Source of the DNA: a virus | Direction: 5' to 3' (one strand) | Virus record (IMG/VR): IMGVR_UViG_3300032893_000015 | Coordinates: 36,611-100,610 of that record | Length of the DNA stretch: 64,000 nt | Shown here: one piece after another, positions 38,927 through 47,377 of the stretch | How positions within the stretch are numbered: the stretch's first letter is position 1 | Layout of the letters: each line of letters opens with the position of its first letter | The notes under the pieces: model-generated | Databases searched by the model: none | What the model was told of the DNA's origin: nothing | The model's input: only the letters and a program-made list of their open reading frames with translations | Made by a program: the position numbers and the translations under genes

Positions 38927-39938
38927 ACCCAACGAGCAGCCCGACGCACCCTACGTTCGGCGTTCCCGGGGTGGACCCTGCTTGCAGCGCCGAGCTCACC
39001 GCGCTCCCGAGTATCGTCGGGTCGTAGGGCAACGCGGCTGCCGTCTCTACGATCGCCGCCAGTCCTATTGGCGTGATGAGCGGCGTGATAAGCCCCGCCA
39101 ATGTTGACCCAGTCATTGGCGTGACCACCGGCGTGAGCACCTCCACCAGCATCTGATTGAAGGCCGTGAGGACCATGAGCACACTTTCGATGCTCGTCGC
39201 GTGCCAGTTCGGCTGATTCCCGCTGGTCGCGAGCGACAGCGTTCCGGTCGACAGAAACGTGCTTGCGCTCTGGTCCAACACCAGTTGCGCCGCCTGGCTT
39301 TGCAGGAGCACTTGTTTGCTCGTGGGGTCCAGCTGCACGAGCGCGCTGAGGTCGTGCAGCTGTAGGCCGACCATATCGTGCGACAGGCTCATGTAGTGCC
39401 CGTCTCCGCTCTGCAGCGTGATGTCCCCGGTGTTGCCGATGTTCAGGAAGGCCCCTGCCGTCGTCTCGCGGAAGAGGAAGGCGTTCCCCGTCTCGAAGAT
39501 GACCGACGCCATCGAGCGGAAAAACGCGGTAGTGTTTTTCGTCGGATCGGTCCCGCCGACGTTCTGCGGAAAGCTATCCCTCCCCTGCGTCAGCCTCCCG
39601 ACGATGACCCCGCCTTCCATCTCGCTTCCGCCGGGGATGACGACGATGACCTCGTCCCCTTCTTGGAACGGTGCCCACGAGCCTTCCCCTTTGCCCGCAA
39701 AGTGGCTGGCCACTCTGCAGGGGAGTCTCGTCCCTCCTGGCACCAGCGTGACGTTGACGAGCGGATACGGCAGCGGCGTACCGTCGTCGTCCGCAAAGGC
39801 CACGCTCCTGGCGTTGGGCGTGTCTGCGTCGACCAGCCCGATCGACACCCACGCTCGCGGGTCGTTGCCTGGTCGCGCCTGCCCGGCCATGAGCGACGCC
39901 AGGTCGTCGAACATCCCCGTCCCCATGCTCGGGCGCAT
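38925..39938 (-). CDS. baseplate central spike (gpV/gp5 OB-fold-like)
   Basis: AGKGEGSWAPFQEGDEVIVVIPGG...GVIVGRL. Confidence 0.8.
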   Translation of the reverse strand: MRPSMGTGMFDDLASLMAGQARPGNDPRAWVSIGLVDADTPNARSVAFADDDGTPLPYPLVNVTLVPGGTRLPCRVASHFAGKGEGSWAPFQEGDEVIVVIPGGSEMEGGVIVGRLTQGRDSFPQNVGGTDPTKNTTAFFRSMASVIFETGNAFLFRETTAGAFLNIGNTGDITLQSGDGHYMSLSHDMVGLQLHDLSALVQLDPTSKQVLLQSQAAQLVLDQSASTFLSTGTLSLATSGNQPNWHATSIESVLMVLTAFNQMLVEVLTPVVTPMTGSTLAGLITPLITPIGLAAIVETAAALPYDPTILGSAVSSALQAGSTPGTPNVGCVGLLVG

Positions 39939-39943
39939 CGCTT

Positions 39944-41806
39944 TTACCCCCCCACCGTCGGCGGTGGTCCGCTCGGTTGCGGTCCCGTGGCGGGCGTTGC
40001 CGGGGGTGCACTGGCCCCTGCTGCTGCCGGTTCCTGTCCACCATCCAGTTGCTTGTCCGCGCGCACCTCGACGTAGTTCACGGCTTGAATGCCGAACTCC
40101 ACTCCGTCATCGATGCTGCCGTTGACGTCCATCTGCTTCACGCGGAACACGCTGGGGAAGTTCGCATCCGTGTACGTTTTCGCGTACTGGTCGGCGAACG
40201 CCGCATCGAACCCGATGTCTTTCATTCGCTGGGCATTGCGCGCCTGCGTGGACAGGTCCCTTTCGGTTGCGGTGGTCGTGCTCGACGCCTGCTCATCTCT
40301 GGCGACGAGCACTTCCAGCGGATCCCCGGGCCGCATATCAAGCAGGTCCGGGTCCCCGTTGTCCCCGCCGAACGACGCAAAGTTGATCGTCCTGAGCTCC
40401 CACGTGAGCTCGTTGCGTCCGAGGTTCTCGTACACCTCTTGAGCGATGACCTTGAGGGTGGCTGCGTCCTTGACGCCTGGCACCGTCAGCACCAGCCACT
40501 TCTGATCTGGTGTGGCATCCCCCGGAATGGCGTACACCTGCCTGTCCGCGGGGAGGGGAAAGCGCCCCACCAGAATCTGTTTCTGTTCGCTGTTGTAGCT
40601 ACGCACTTCGATGTTCTGCGGCGCGTTCTTGGTGAGGTTGCGTTCGCAGCGCATCTCGAAAAGGTTCCTACCCCATATGAGCTGCCTGTACTGCAGCGTC
40701 TTGGGGTCGTTGCTCGTGCCTGCGATGTACATGTGCTGCCCGGGCAGTCTCCGGCCCTTGAAGGGATCGTCTCCGCGCGCTGTGACGTTGCTGCTGGTGA
40801 GGGCTCTGGTGCGCTGGATGACGAGCGTCGTCCCTTCGATGCGCAAGCCGTGCCCGATGGCTCGGCAGCAATCGGTGAAGTAATCCCACACGGTCAACTG
40901 CTCGGTCCCGCCTCCTCCGTGCGACGGTGGCGGTCCGAGATGTGGCCTGTACGCGCTCTTGGCCAGCACATCGCCCAGCGCCGGTGGCGTTGTCCCCGGT
41001 GGTCGGTATTCGATCGACAGCCCTGCGAACTGCGGGAAGTGCGTGAGGTACTGGGCAAAGGCCTTATCGATGGGCAGGTTCGCCGCAACGTTCAGGGCGG
41101 GTGGCGCGTGCTGCGTGAGGAACAGCTGGGTGTTGTCGCGGCACTCGCACCGGAGCACCGGATCGTTTTCGTCCGACCATTCCACCGTCCACTTATCCAC
41201 CCACCCCTGGAAACGCACGTTCGTGCGCTGCTGCCCGTTTCCGTCCGTCCACGTCTCGGGGAGGAACGCCGCCGGTTGCGCCGAGCTCCCCGGGCTCCCT
41301 TGCAGGGTTCCTCCCCCTCCGTCTCCTGTTCCCGCGAACACTTCCGCCGCCGCATCCCCAATGGGAATGGTCCCCAGCAGGAAGACAACAGCGATGGATC
41401 GAACGGTTCTCGGGTCGATGGGCAGATCGATAAGCCTACAGGTGAACATGAGCGTGTCGGCGGTTCGGATCCCGTTCTGGGACCACTTGAACTCCATCGG
41501 CACGATCCCCTCGACCACCTGCGTGAGCCCGTCGCTGCTGCTGGCCTGCTGCTGTCCCGTCCCGAACGTCGTCGTCCCCTGCCCTTGCAGCAGGTAGCGG
41601 GTGGTCCCCGGCGGGGACATCGGATCTGGCGTGACGACGAGATCGGTCCTGTTGATGTTCGTCCCGTTCAGGCTCTTGGTGGGTTTCGCCGGCACCTTGG
41701 CTTGCAGGTGGCTGTAGTTGCCGAACTCGTCGAACCGGATGATGAGCCGCACGCGCCACCGGGGAACGTAGTCCTGCGGACCGTAGTCGGGTGTCTCGTC
41801 TCCCAC
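39944..41806 (-). CDS. baseplate hub (gpD/gp44-like)
   Basis: FQGWVD, CRDNT, IEVRSYN, GDPDLLDMRPGD; position before the spike. Confidence 0.7.
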   Translation of the reverse strand: MGDETPDYGPQDYVPRWRVRLIIRFDEFGNYSHLQAKVPAKPTKSLNGTNINRTDLVVTPDPMSPPGTTRYLLQGQGTTTFGTGQQQASSSDGLTQVVEGIVPMEFKWSQNGIRTADTLMFTCRLIDLPIDPRTVRSIAVVFLLGTIPIGDAAAEVFAGTGDGGGGTLQGSPGSSAQPAAFLPETWTDGNGQQRTNVRFQGWVDKWTVEWSDENDPVLRCECRDNTQLFLTQHAPPALNVAANLPIDKAFAQYLTHFPQFAGLSIEYRPPGTTPPALGDVLAKSAYRPHLGPPPSHGGGGTEQLTVWDYFTDCCRAIGHGLRIEGTTLVIQRTRALTSSNVTARGDDPFKGRRLPGQHMYIAGTSNDPKTLQYRQLIWGRNLFEMRCERNLTKNAPQNIEVRSYNSEQKQILVGRFPLPADRQVYAIPGDATPDQKWLVLTVPGVKDAATLKVIAQEVYENLGRNELTWELRTINFASFGGDNGDPDLLDMRPGDPLEVLVARDEQASSTTTATERDLSTQARNAQRMKDIGFDAAFADQYAKTYTDANFPSVFRVKQMDVNGSIDDGVEFGIQAVNYVEVRADKQLDGGQEPAAAGASAPPATPATGPQPSGPPPTVGG

Positions 41807-41827
41807 GCTCCGTAGCCTAGCGCGACG

Positions 41828-43162
41828 TCAGGGCCCGCGCGTTGACGTGCGTAGCGCCGGGATGATGAGCGCCATTCGTGTGGGAAAGGTCGCCTGGTAC
41901 CAGGGCAACTTGTTCGCCTGCAGTATGTCCACGGCGTGGTCCGGCGTGGAGTAGTACCTCTGGCTGATTCTCTGCGGGGTGTCGCCGTCCTTGGTGATGT
42001 AGATGGCGATGACGTCCCCGTCCTGCCCTGGCGCGTTCCGTCCCGACGTGACGGCGGTGCCTTGGGGGGCGGGCGCTTTCAGGCGCATCTGAATGTCCAG
42101 GGCTAGCGCCGCTTGCGCGATGAGCTCGACGCGCGCTTGCGCCTGCGCGATGTACTGCTGCGCCCGGAGCATATCGACGACGTTCGTACTCGTCGCCATC
42201 GCCTCCACAGGCGTCTGCCCCATCGAGTCGTTGAACTGATTTGCGATGGCAATGGTGTTGCGGGCGAAGTTGCTCGCGGCCTGCGCAATCTGTTGCGGTT
42301 GGCTGGCGAGTGTTTGCCCAATGGCTGCCACCTGCTGCAGCTGCCCGATCGACTGCTGCAAGTTCCTGAGCACCGACTGCACGGCAAGCGTGGGCGCGTT
42401 GGCAAGGGCCTCCAGCTGTCCGAGCGTGAAGGTACTGGCCGAGTGATATATCGCCGCGTTCGACGCGATGAATGACGTGGCTTGTACAAAGCTCGCGAAG
42501 TTCGCCCCCGCCACATTCAGGGCTGCGGTGGCTGCGTCGAGCGACGCATCGCGCACGGGTGTGACCTTTTGCGTGCGGATGCCCCTCCCCACCCACTCGT
42601 AATCAACGTCCCACTGTATGTCCTGGATCCGCGTGTACTTGAAGTGCCATTCTCTGGCCCTTCCCTCGCGCACTTTCTTCCCGCGCATCCCCTCCTGGTC
42701 CCCGGTGACGGTCCAGGTAACGCGCAGCCGGATGCCTCCACGGAACATGTCCTCGAGCAGCTGCGCGAGCACATCCGGGTCGATGACGGTGATGCTTGCG
42801 CCGCTGGTCGTGACGGCCAGCGATGGCGCCCTGCTCATGCGCGTCCGGTTCCACTCCCCGGTCCACTTGCTGGGCAGCTCCGTGGGCCCCAGCCACTGCT
42901 GCGTGGCTTCGTCGGGGTTACCCGGGTACCACTTCGTCTTGATGTTGTTCGCCCCGGCCCACTCCGCCCCCATGAACGGCAGCGCGGGGCCGTTCAGGGT
43001 TACGCTCCGTGCGCTCTGCCCCGTAACCGAGCCCACCTCTTCAATGAGCATCGACGACGAGTAGCTTCCGCTCGTCGTCCGGCTCCCTGGCCCCAGGGCG
43101 TTCTGCAGCTGGGTTTGCTGCTGCGTGGGTGCGAGAAAACGATCCTGCGGGTCACCGGGCAC
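41828..43162 (-). CDS. tail tube initiator-like protein with C-terminal LysM-like domain
   Basis: YITKDGDTPQRISQRYY...ILQANKL...LIIP; follows the tape measure gene. Confidence 0.7.
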   Translation of the reverse strand: MPGDPQDRFLAPTQQQTQLQNALGPGSRTTSGSYSSSMLIEEVGSVTGQSARSVTLNGPALPFMGAEWAGANNIKTKWYPGNPDEATQQWLGPTELPSKWTGEWNRTRMSRAPSLAVTTSGASITVIDPDVLAQLLEDMFRGGIRLRVTWTVTGDQEGMRGKKVREGRAREWHFKYTRIQDIQWDVDYEWVGRGIRTQKVTPVRDASLDAATAALNVAGANFASFVQATSFIASNAAIYHSASTFTLGQLEALANAPTLAVQSVLRNLQQSIGQLQQVAAIGQTLASQPQQIAQAASNFARNTIAIANQFNDSMGQTPVEAMATSTNVVDMLRAQQYIAQAQARVELIAQAALALDIQMRLKAPAPQGTAVTSGRNAPGQDGDVIAIYITKDGDTPQRISQRYYSTPDHAVDILQANKLPWYQATFPTRMALIIPALRTSTRGP

Positions 43163-43176
43163 CGTTCAACCTCCCG

Positions 43177-43204
43177 GCGGGGGATTCGAAGCTTCGAACC
43201 CCGC
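43177..43204. terminator. hairpin, possible terminator or processing site
   Basis: GCGGGGGATTCGAAGCTTCGAACCCCGC inverted repeat; no U-tract. Confidence 0.3.
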
Positions 43205-43208
43205 TCGC

Positions 43209-43421
43209 TCAGGCCCCCGCGCTCTTGCGCTTCGCCCACACGCTCAGCATGTTGCTCGCACTATCCGACCCCGACCCGCTCGAACTCGACTCGGTGGGAT
43301 CCTCCGGCGAGTCGGACGGCGAGTCCGTCGCTGCCGTGGCACTCCCACTCGGATCGCTGTCTTCGGAATCGCTGTCCTGGGAGTCGCTGGCTACGGGGGG
43401 TTTCTTCGGCGGGAATGCCAT
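43209..43421 (-). CDS. small acidic Ser/Asp-rich protein
   Basis: AGGAGG RBS; low complexity. Confidence 0.5.
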   Translation of the reverse strand: MAFPPKKPPVASDSQDSDSEDSDPSGSATAATDSPSDSPEDPTESSSSGSGSDSASNMLSVWAKRKSAGA

Positions 43422-43473
43422 TGTGGATCCTCTCCCTCCTTGTCTACCAGAGCCGAAACCTTCGGGCTACATG

Positions 43474-45369
43474 TCACAGGCCAAAGGGCACTGCGTTTCT
43501 GGCTTGCCTCCGGTTGACGACCGCCGCCTGCAAGTCGCGCCGGAACACCTGCATGACGCGGTCCGGGTCCTGGTCACGGAAGTTCTGTTGGATGTGGAAG
43601 TTCGCCCCGTAGAAGTTCACGGACGGTCCGTGCCCCCTGATGTTGTCGACGCCGGTGCTCTTTTTCACCATCTCGGCGATCTTCTTGGCGAGCTCCGGGC
43701 TCTCCGCGTCGATGACCTTCTTCAGCGCCTCGAACCCACCTTCCACCTGTATGGCCCCCGACATGAGCGCCTTGGTCATGCTGTCGCTGTCGGCGATGAT
43801 TGAAAAGGCCCACTTCTGCGCCTGGTCATTGTGCACGGCTATGGCCTGATCGATGTAGCGGCCGACGTACCCGGTATCCTGCGACTCCACCTTTTCGCGC
43901 AGCTCCTCGGCTTCGCGTTCGGCCTGTTCGTGGTGCTCGCGTAGGCCTTGGGTAAAGGCCGCTATCGCGTCTTCGGTCTTCTGTAATTCTGCGGCAGCGG
44001 CTTCCGGATCCACGGCGTTCTGTATGGCCGAAGTTGCCGCGTCCTTTGCGAGCGTCGTGTACTTGGCGATGGCATCGTCCAGTTCCTTGGTGGACCCTGG
44101 CCCGACGATGTCCGCTCTCTGGGTCACCGCCGCCTTCTGTACATCCGCTTGTGTCGACCCGACTTGTCTCCCGCTGAAGAAGTCCTTCACGTCCATGAAC
44201 ACTTCCGCCATCGCCTTGGCGTAGCGGGCTGCGGTCGCGAACCCATCGACGAAGTTCTTCGTGATGCTCTCGAAGATCTGCTCGATGCTTTGGCTCGTGC
44301 CCATGGCTTCGTTCCACGCATCGCGCCACTCCCCGAACAGTTCATGGAACTGATGACTGAGCTCCCCCCAGTTTTTTTCGACTCCGTGGTAGATGCCCTC
44401 GGCCGCCTCCGCGATGACGTCCACTCCCTTGCCGAGCGCCGTCCCCACTTCGTTACCCAGCTCGACGATCGCTTCGGTGTGCGCGACCAGGTAACTCTTG
44501 AGCGCAGCCAGTTGCGGCACGAGGCGATCGAGTAGCGGTTGCCCGACAGCATCGAGAAACATCTCGCGCACGTTCGCGAGCCCTGTCTTCACCTCTCCGA
44601 GCGTCATCGGCCCGACGCCACCGCTCTTCTTCAGCAGGTCCGCCTGCTTCTTGATGGCTTCCTCCGCCAGCAGCATCTGCTTCTCGGGGGTCATCTTCTG
44701 CAGCTGTTCTGCGGCATCGTGTGCGTTGCCCTTGAGCACGTGGGTGGCCGCAATGAGCTGCACGATTGGGTTGCGGGCGCGGATCATCCCTAGCTCGAAC
44801 ATGCTCATCCCCTGCGCCAGTCCTTCCATGCCTTGGGGCACGATCTTGCCGACCAGCGCCATCTGCTCGACGAGTTCCTTTGCTTCGTTCGAACTCCGGT
44901 TGCCGCGTTCAATGGTGCGGTCGTACATCTCCACCATCGTCTTGGTGGCCACTCCCGCCTGTATCCCGAGCTTCTCCAGTTCCTCGCGGGTGTCCTGCGC
45001 ATACCCTCTGAGGGCTTCCAGGGAGTGCTGCCCCTGGTCCATGAACATGAGCAGGCCGCTCATCTGCCGCACCTGCTGATTCGTCTCGTCGGCCACTTCC
45101 GCCGCCGCGTCAGCAAAGCGCTCCGCCATCTCGTACGCCTGGTGCATCCCCTCCGCCACCAGCTCCGTGCCCTTGCTGATGGCACCGGTGATGACGTTCG
45201 CCTGCACCATCGCCCCGAGCATCCCCTTGCTCTCGTCGTGACCGTGGTGGAGCTCTTCGTGGGCCTGCTTCAGCTCGTTGCGGAGATTTCCGGCTGCATC
45301 GCTGGCCTTGTCGTCCACGACCAGCCGGATTCTGACGTCCGCTTCTCCTCCTCCGCCTTCGTTCGCCAT
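43474..45369 (-). CDS. tape measure protein
   Basis: Long helical A/E-rich ORF after the chaperones; IRLVVDDKAS N-terminus. Confidence 0.75.
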   Translation of the reverse strand: MANEGGGGEADVRIRLVVDDKASDAAGNLRNELKQAHEELHHGHDESKGMLGAMVQANVITGAISKGTELVAEGMHQAYEMAERFADAAAEVADETNQQVRQMSGLLMFMDQGQHSLEALRGYAQDTREELEKLGIQAGVATKTMVEMYDRTIERGNRSSNEAKELVEQMALVGKIVPQGMEGLAQGMSMFELGMIRARNPIVQLIAATHVLKGNAHDAAEQLQKMTPEKQMLLAEEAIKKQADLLKKSGGVGPMTLGEVKTGLANVREMFLDAVGQPLLDRLVPQLAALKSYLVAHTEAIVELGNEVGTALGKGVDVIAEAAEGIYHGVEKNWGELSHQFHELFGEWRDAWNEAMGTSQSIEQIFESITKNFVDGFATAARYAKAMAEVFMDVKDFFSGRQVGSTQADVQKAAVTQRADIVGPGSTKELDDAIAKYTTLAKDAATSAIQNAVDPEAAAAELQKTEDAIAAFTQGLREHHEQAEREAEELREKVESQDTGYVGRYIDQAIAVHNDQAQKWAFSIIADSDSMTKALMSGAIQVEGGFEALKKVIDAESPELAKKIAEMVKKSTGVDNIRGHGPSVNFYGANFHIQQNFRDQDPDRVMQVFRRDLQAAVVNRRQARNAVPFGL

Positions 45370-45385
45370 GGGTTTCAGCCTAGCC

Positions 45386-45733
45386 CTACTGCTCCAGGGC
45401 GCTCGCCTCCTTCTCCGCGCTCAGGATCTCCGCAAGCACCGAGTGCAGCTGCCTGATGCGCCGCACCTCCACGTCCCCCCAGCCCAGGTCGTCCCCGGGG
45501 ACGCCGAGCCGAGCGTAGCGGGCCAGCTCAAGTTTCATTCGATCTCTGCTCCGGAGCACAGCCTCCGGGTCCACTTGCCAGAGCGACGGCCACAGCGCAT
45601 CCCACGCTTCGCCTTCCTCCGACCGCAGCTTCACCCTTTCCAGCGAGTCTCGGATCGCATCCGGGTCGTCGCGCAGGTCCCCTGGCGCTAGCCAGCCACC
45701 GCGCTCGCGGACGCGATCCCGTTCAGCAAAAAA
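45386..45733 (-). CDS. -1 frameshift extension of the tail assembly chaperone (GT-like)
   Basis: The -1 frame is open from slippery T TTT TTG (45733-45727) to the stop at 45386. Confidence 0.7.
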   Translation of the reverse strand, partial: FFAERDRVRERGGWLAPGDLRDDPDAIRDSLERVKLRSEEGEAWDALWPSLWQVDPEAVLRSRDRMKLELARYARLGVPGDDLGWGDVEVRRIRQLHSVLAEILSAEKEASALEQ

Positions 45734-46317
45734 TCCGCCATCTCCTCATCGGTCATGTTGTGCAGCCGCACATACATGTCCTTCAGTCGCGTGCGGCACT
45801 TCGTGCCGAGCTCCCCCCAGAGGATCTGCACGTTGTACAGGCCCGGGTTCTTCGCCCACTCTCCCGTCCAATCGACGAGCTTTCCGTCCACCGCCCGGAT
45901 CATCTGCTTGGCATACTCCGCCAGCGAGTTCCCGGGTTCGTTGCGCATGCGCTTGAGCGCCTGCTTCTCTTCCAGGTCGCTGAGCGGCCACACGATAATG
46001 ACGCGGCTGAGCACCTCTTCGTCGACCAGCTTTTCGTTCCCTGGCTCCCGCACCTTGTACGTCGTCTTCACGCCCAGGTGCGGCGCGTCGGTAAGGGCAG
46101 AGCGGAACCGCACGAAGTAAACTTGCTTGCCGCGCGGTATGCGCATGTCCTCTGGGATGTACGGCTGGGCCCAGCTGGGTATCTCCCCGGGGTTGTCCTG
46201 CGGGGGAGGGTTCTCTTCTGCTTTGAGCTCGAGTGGTGTGGGGGGTGGCGGAGGCGTGGGCACGTCCTCCTCGGTCAGCTGCGCAATGGTCGTTCGCAGC
46301 ATAGGGTCGGTGGTCAT
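45688..46317 (-). CDS. tail assembly chaperone (G-like)
   Basis: Between tube and tape measure; GAGGAGG RBS; slippery site near the 3' end. Confidence 0.75.
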   Translation of the reverse strand: MTTDPMLRTTIAQLTEEDVPTPPPPPTPLELKAEENPPPQDNPGEIPSWAQPYIPEDMRIPRGKQVYFVRFRSALTDAPHLGVKTTYKVREPGNEKLVDEEVLSRVIIVWPLSDLEEKQALKRMRNEPGNSLAEYAKQMIRAVDGKLVDWTGEWAKNPGLYNVQILWGELGTKCRTRLKDMYVRLHNMTDEEMADFLLNGIASASAVAG

Positions 46318-46318
46318 T

Positions 46319-46458
46319 GTTTTGCGCCTCCTCGTGTCTTGGCGGGAACCCAACAGGCGGTGTCAGCGCCTGGTCCGAGGAGGCGCAAAACTCCTATGCC
46401 CAGGCTCCGCCTGTTGGGGTCCCATTTCGGTTGCGCCTCCTCTGCGACCCCCAGGCTA
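46319..46458 (-). promoter_or_regulatory. structured leader with interlocking inverted repeats and TAGCCT -10-like motif
   Basis: 16-bp perfect IR 46319-34/46376-91; 17-bp IR 46344-60/46407-23; extra RBS-like copy at 46431-42. Confidence 0.6.
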
Positions 46459-46480
46459 GCTCACGGCATGAGCCGCCCTT

Positions 46481-46828
46481 ATGAAAAGGTTCTCCGCCTG
46501 GCTTCGTCGTCGTTGGGGGTCGCTGAGAGGGCTGTTGATTGAATGGCTCGCTGGCAACCGGAGCATCATCTTCGCCGACGCCGTCATTTTCGACGGCAAG
46601 GCCGGCTTCTTTCTCATCAGCGACCCCACCGGAGAGACCCCCACGCTGATGCACGGCTGCACGTTTCTGAACGTACGCGTCCAGATCCACGCCCGGCTCC
46701 CGCCCCAGTACTGCGACCCGAAGCTCTACCAACCCAACTCCCCGGTCCAGCGCCAGATTGCGCACCCCCAGCTTTACATACCGATAGGACCTAACGAGTT
46801 CCCGTTCTCTTCGAAAGACGCGAACTAG
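46481..46828 (+). CDS. hypothetical protein on the opposite strand
   Basis: Fills an otherwise empty gap; its stop overlaps the tube gene stop. Confidence 0.45.
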   Translation: MKRFSAWLRRRWGSLRGLLIEWLAGNRSIIFADAVIFDGKAGFFLISDPTGETPTLMHGCTFLNVRVQIHARLPPQYCDPKLYQPNSPVQRQIAHPQLYIPIGPNEFPFSSKDAN

Positions 46829-47262
46829 GTGAACGTCGGGAAATAGTCGTCCGCTCCGCCGGTGATCTTGTCCTCGACGTAGGCTCCGCGGTCCGTGATG
46901 TTGTGCCCGATGGGCCCGAAATGCGCATCCGAGATGAGGATCGTCGGGGTCTGGCCGTTCGGGTAGCTGAAGACACCCGAGATATTGAACACGACATCCG
47001 GCGTCTGGCGCTTGGCTCTCTGCACCACCGACTGCGAGAGCGTGAAGTGGTCTTGCGTATGGGTGTGCATCTTGAAGTCGAACTTCACGCCGTTGTACAC
47101 CTCGTCGTACCGGTTGGTCTTCTCGCCGAGGTACCCTTCCATCTTCAGTTCCGTCTGGATCTCGAAGGAGAAGTCTTTGATATCCGTCAGGGTGTCCTGG
47201 TACTGGGTCGCCTGCACAATGATGATGCTCACTTCCTGTCCCTTGATTCTTTGGGCCGGCAT
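46825..47262 (-). CDS. tail tube protein
   Basis: 145 aa, beta-rich, immediately after the sheath. Confidence 0.75.
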   Translation of the reverse strand: MPAQRIKGQEVSIIIVQATQYQDTLTDIKDFSFEIQTELKMEGYLGEKTNRYDEVYNGVKFDFKMHTHTQDHFTLSQSVVQRAKRQTPDVVFNISGVFSYPNGQTPTILISDAHFGPIGHNITDRGAYVEDKITGGADDYFPTFT

Positions 47263-47377
47263 GACCTAACTCCCTCTGCTGGGCAGCATAGCAGTACCCC
47301 CACAACATCACGCGGCTTCGTTCGACGGCCCAACCCCCTGAAACCGTACTCCCAGAGGGTGGGCCTCTTTCGGGTGA

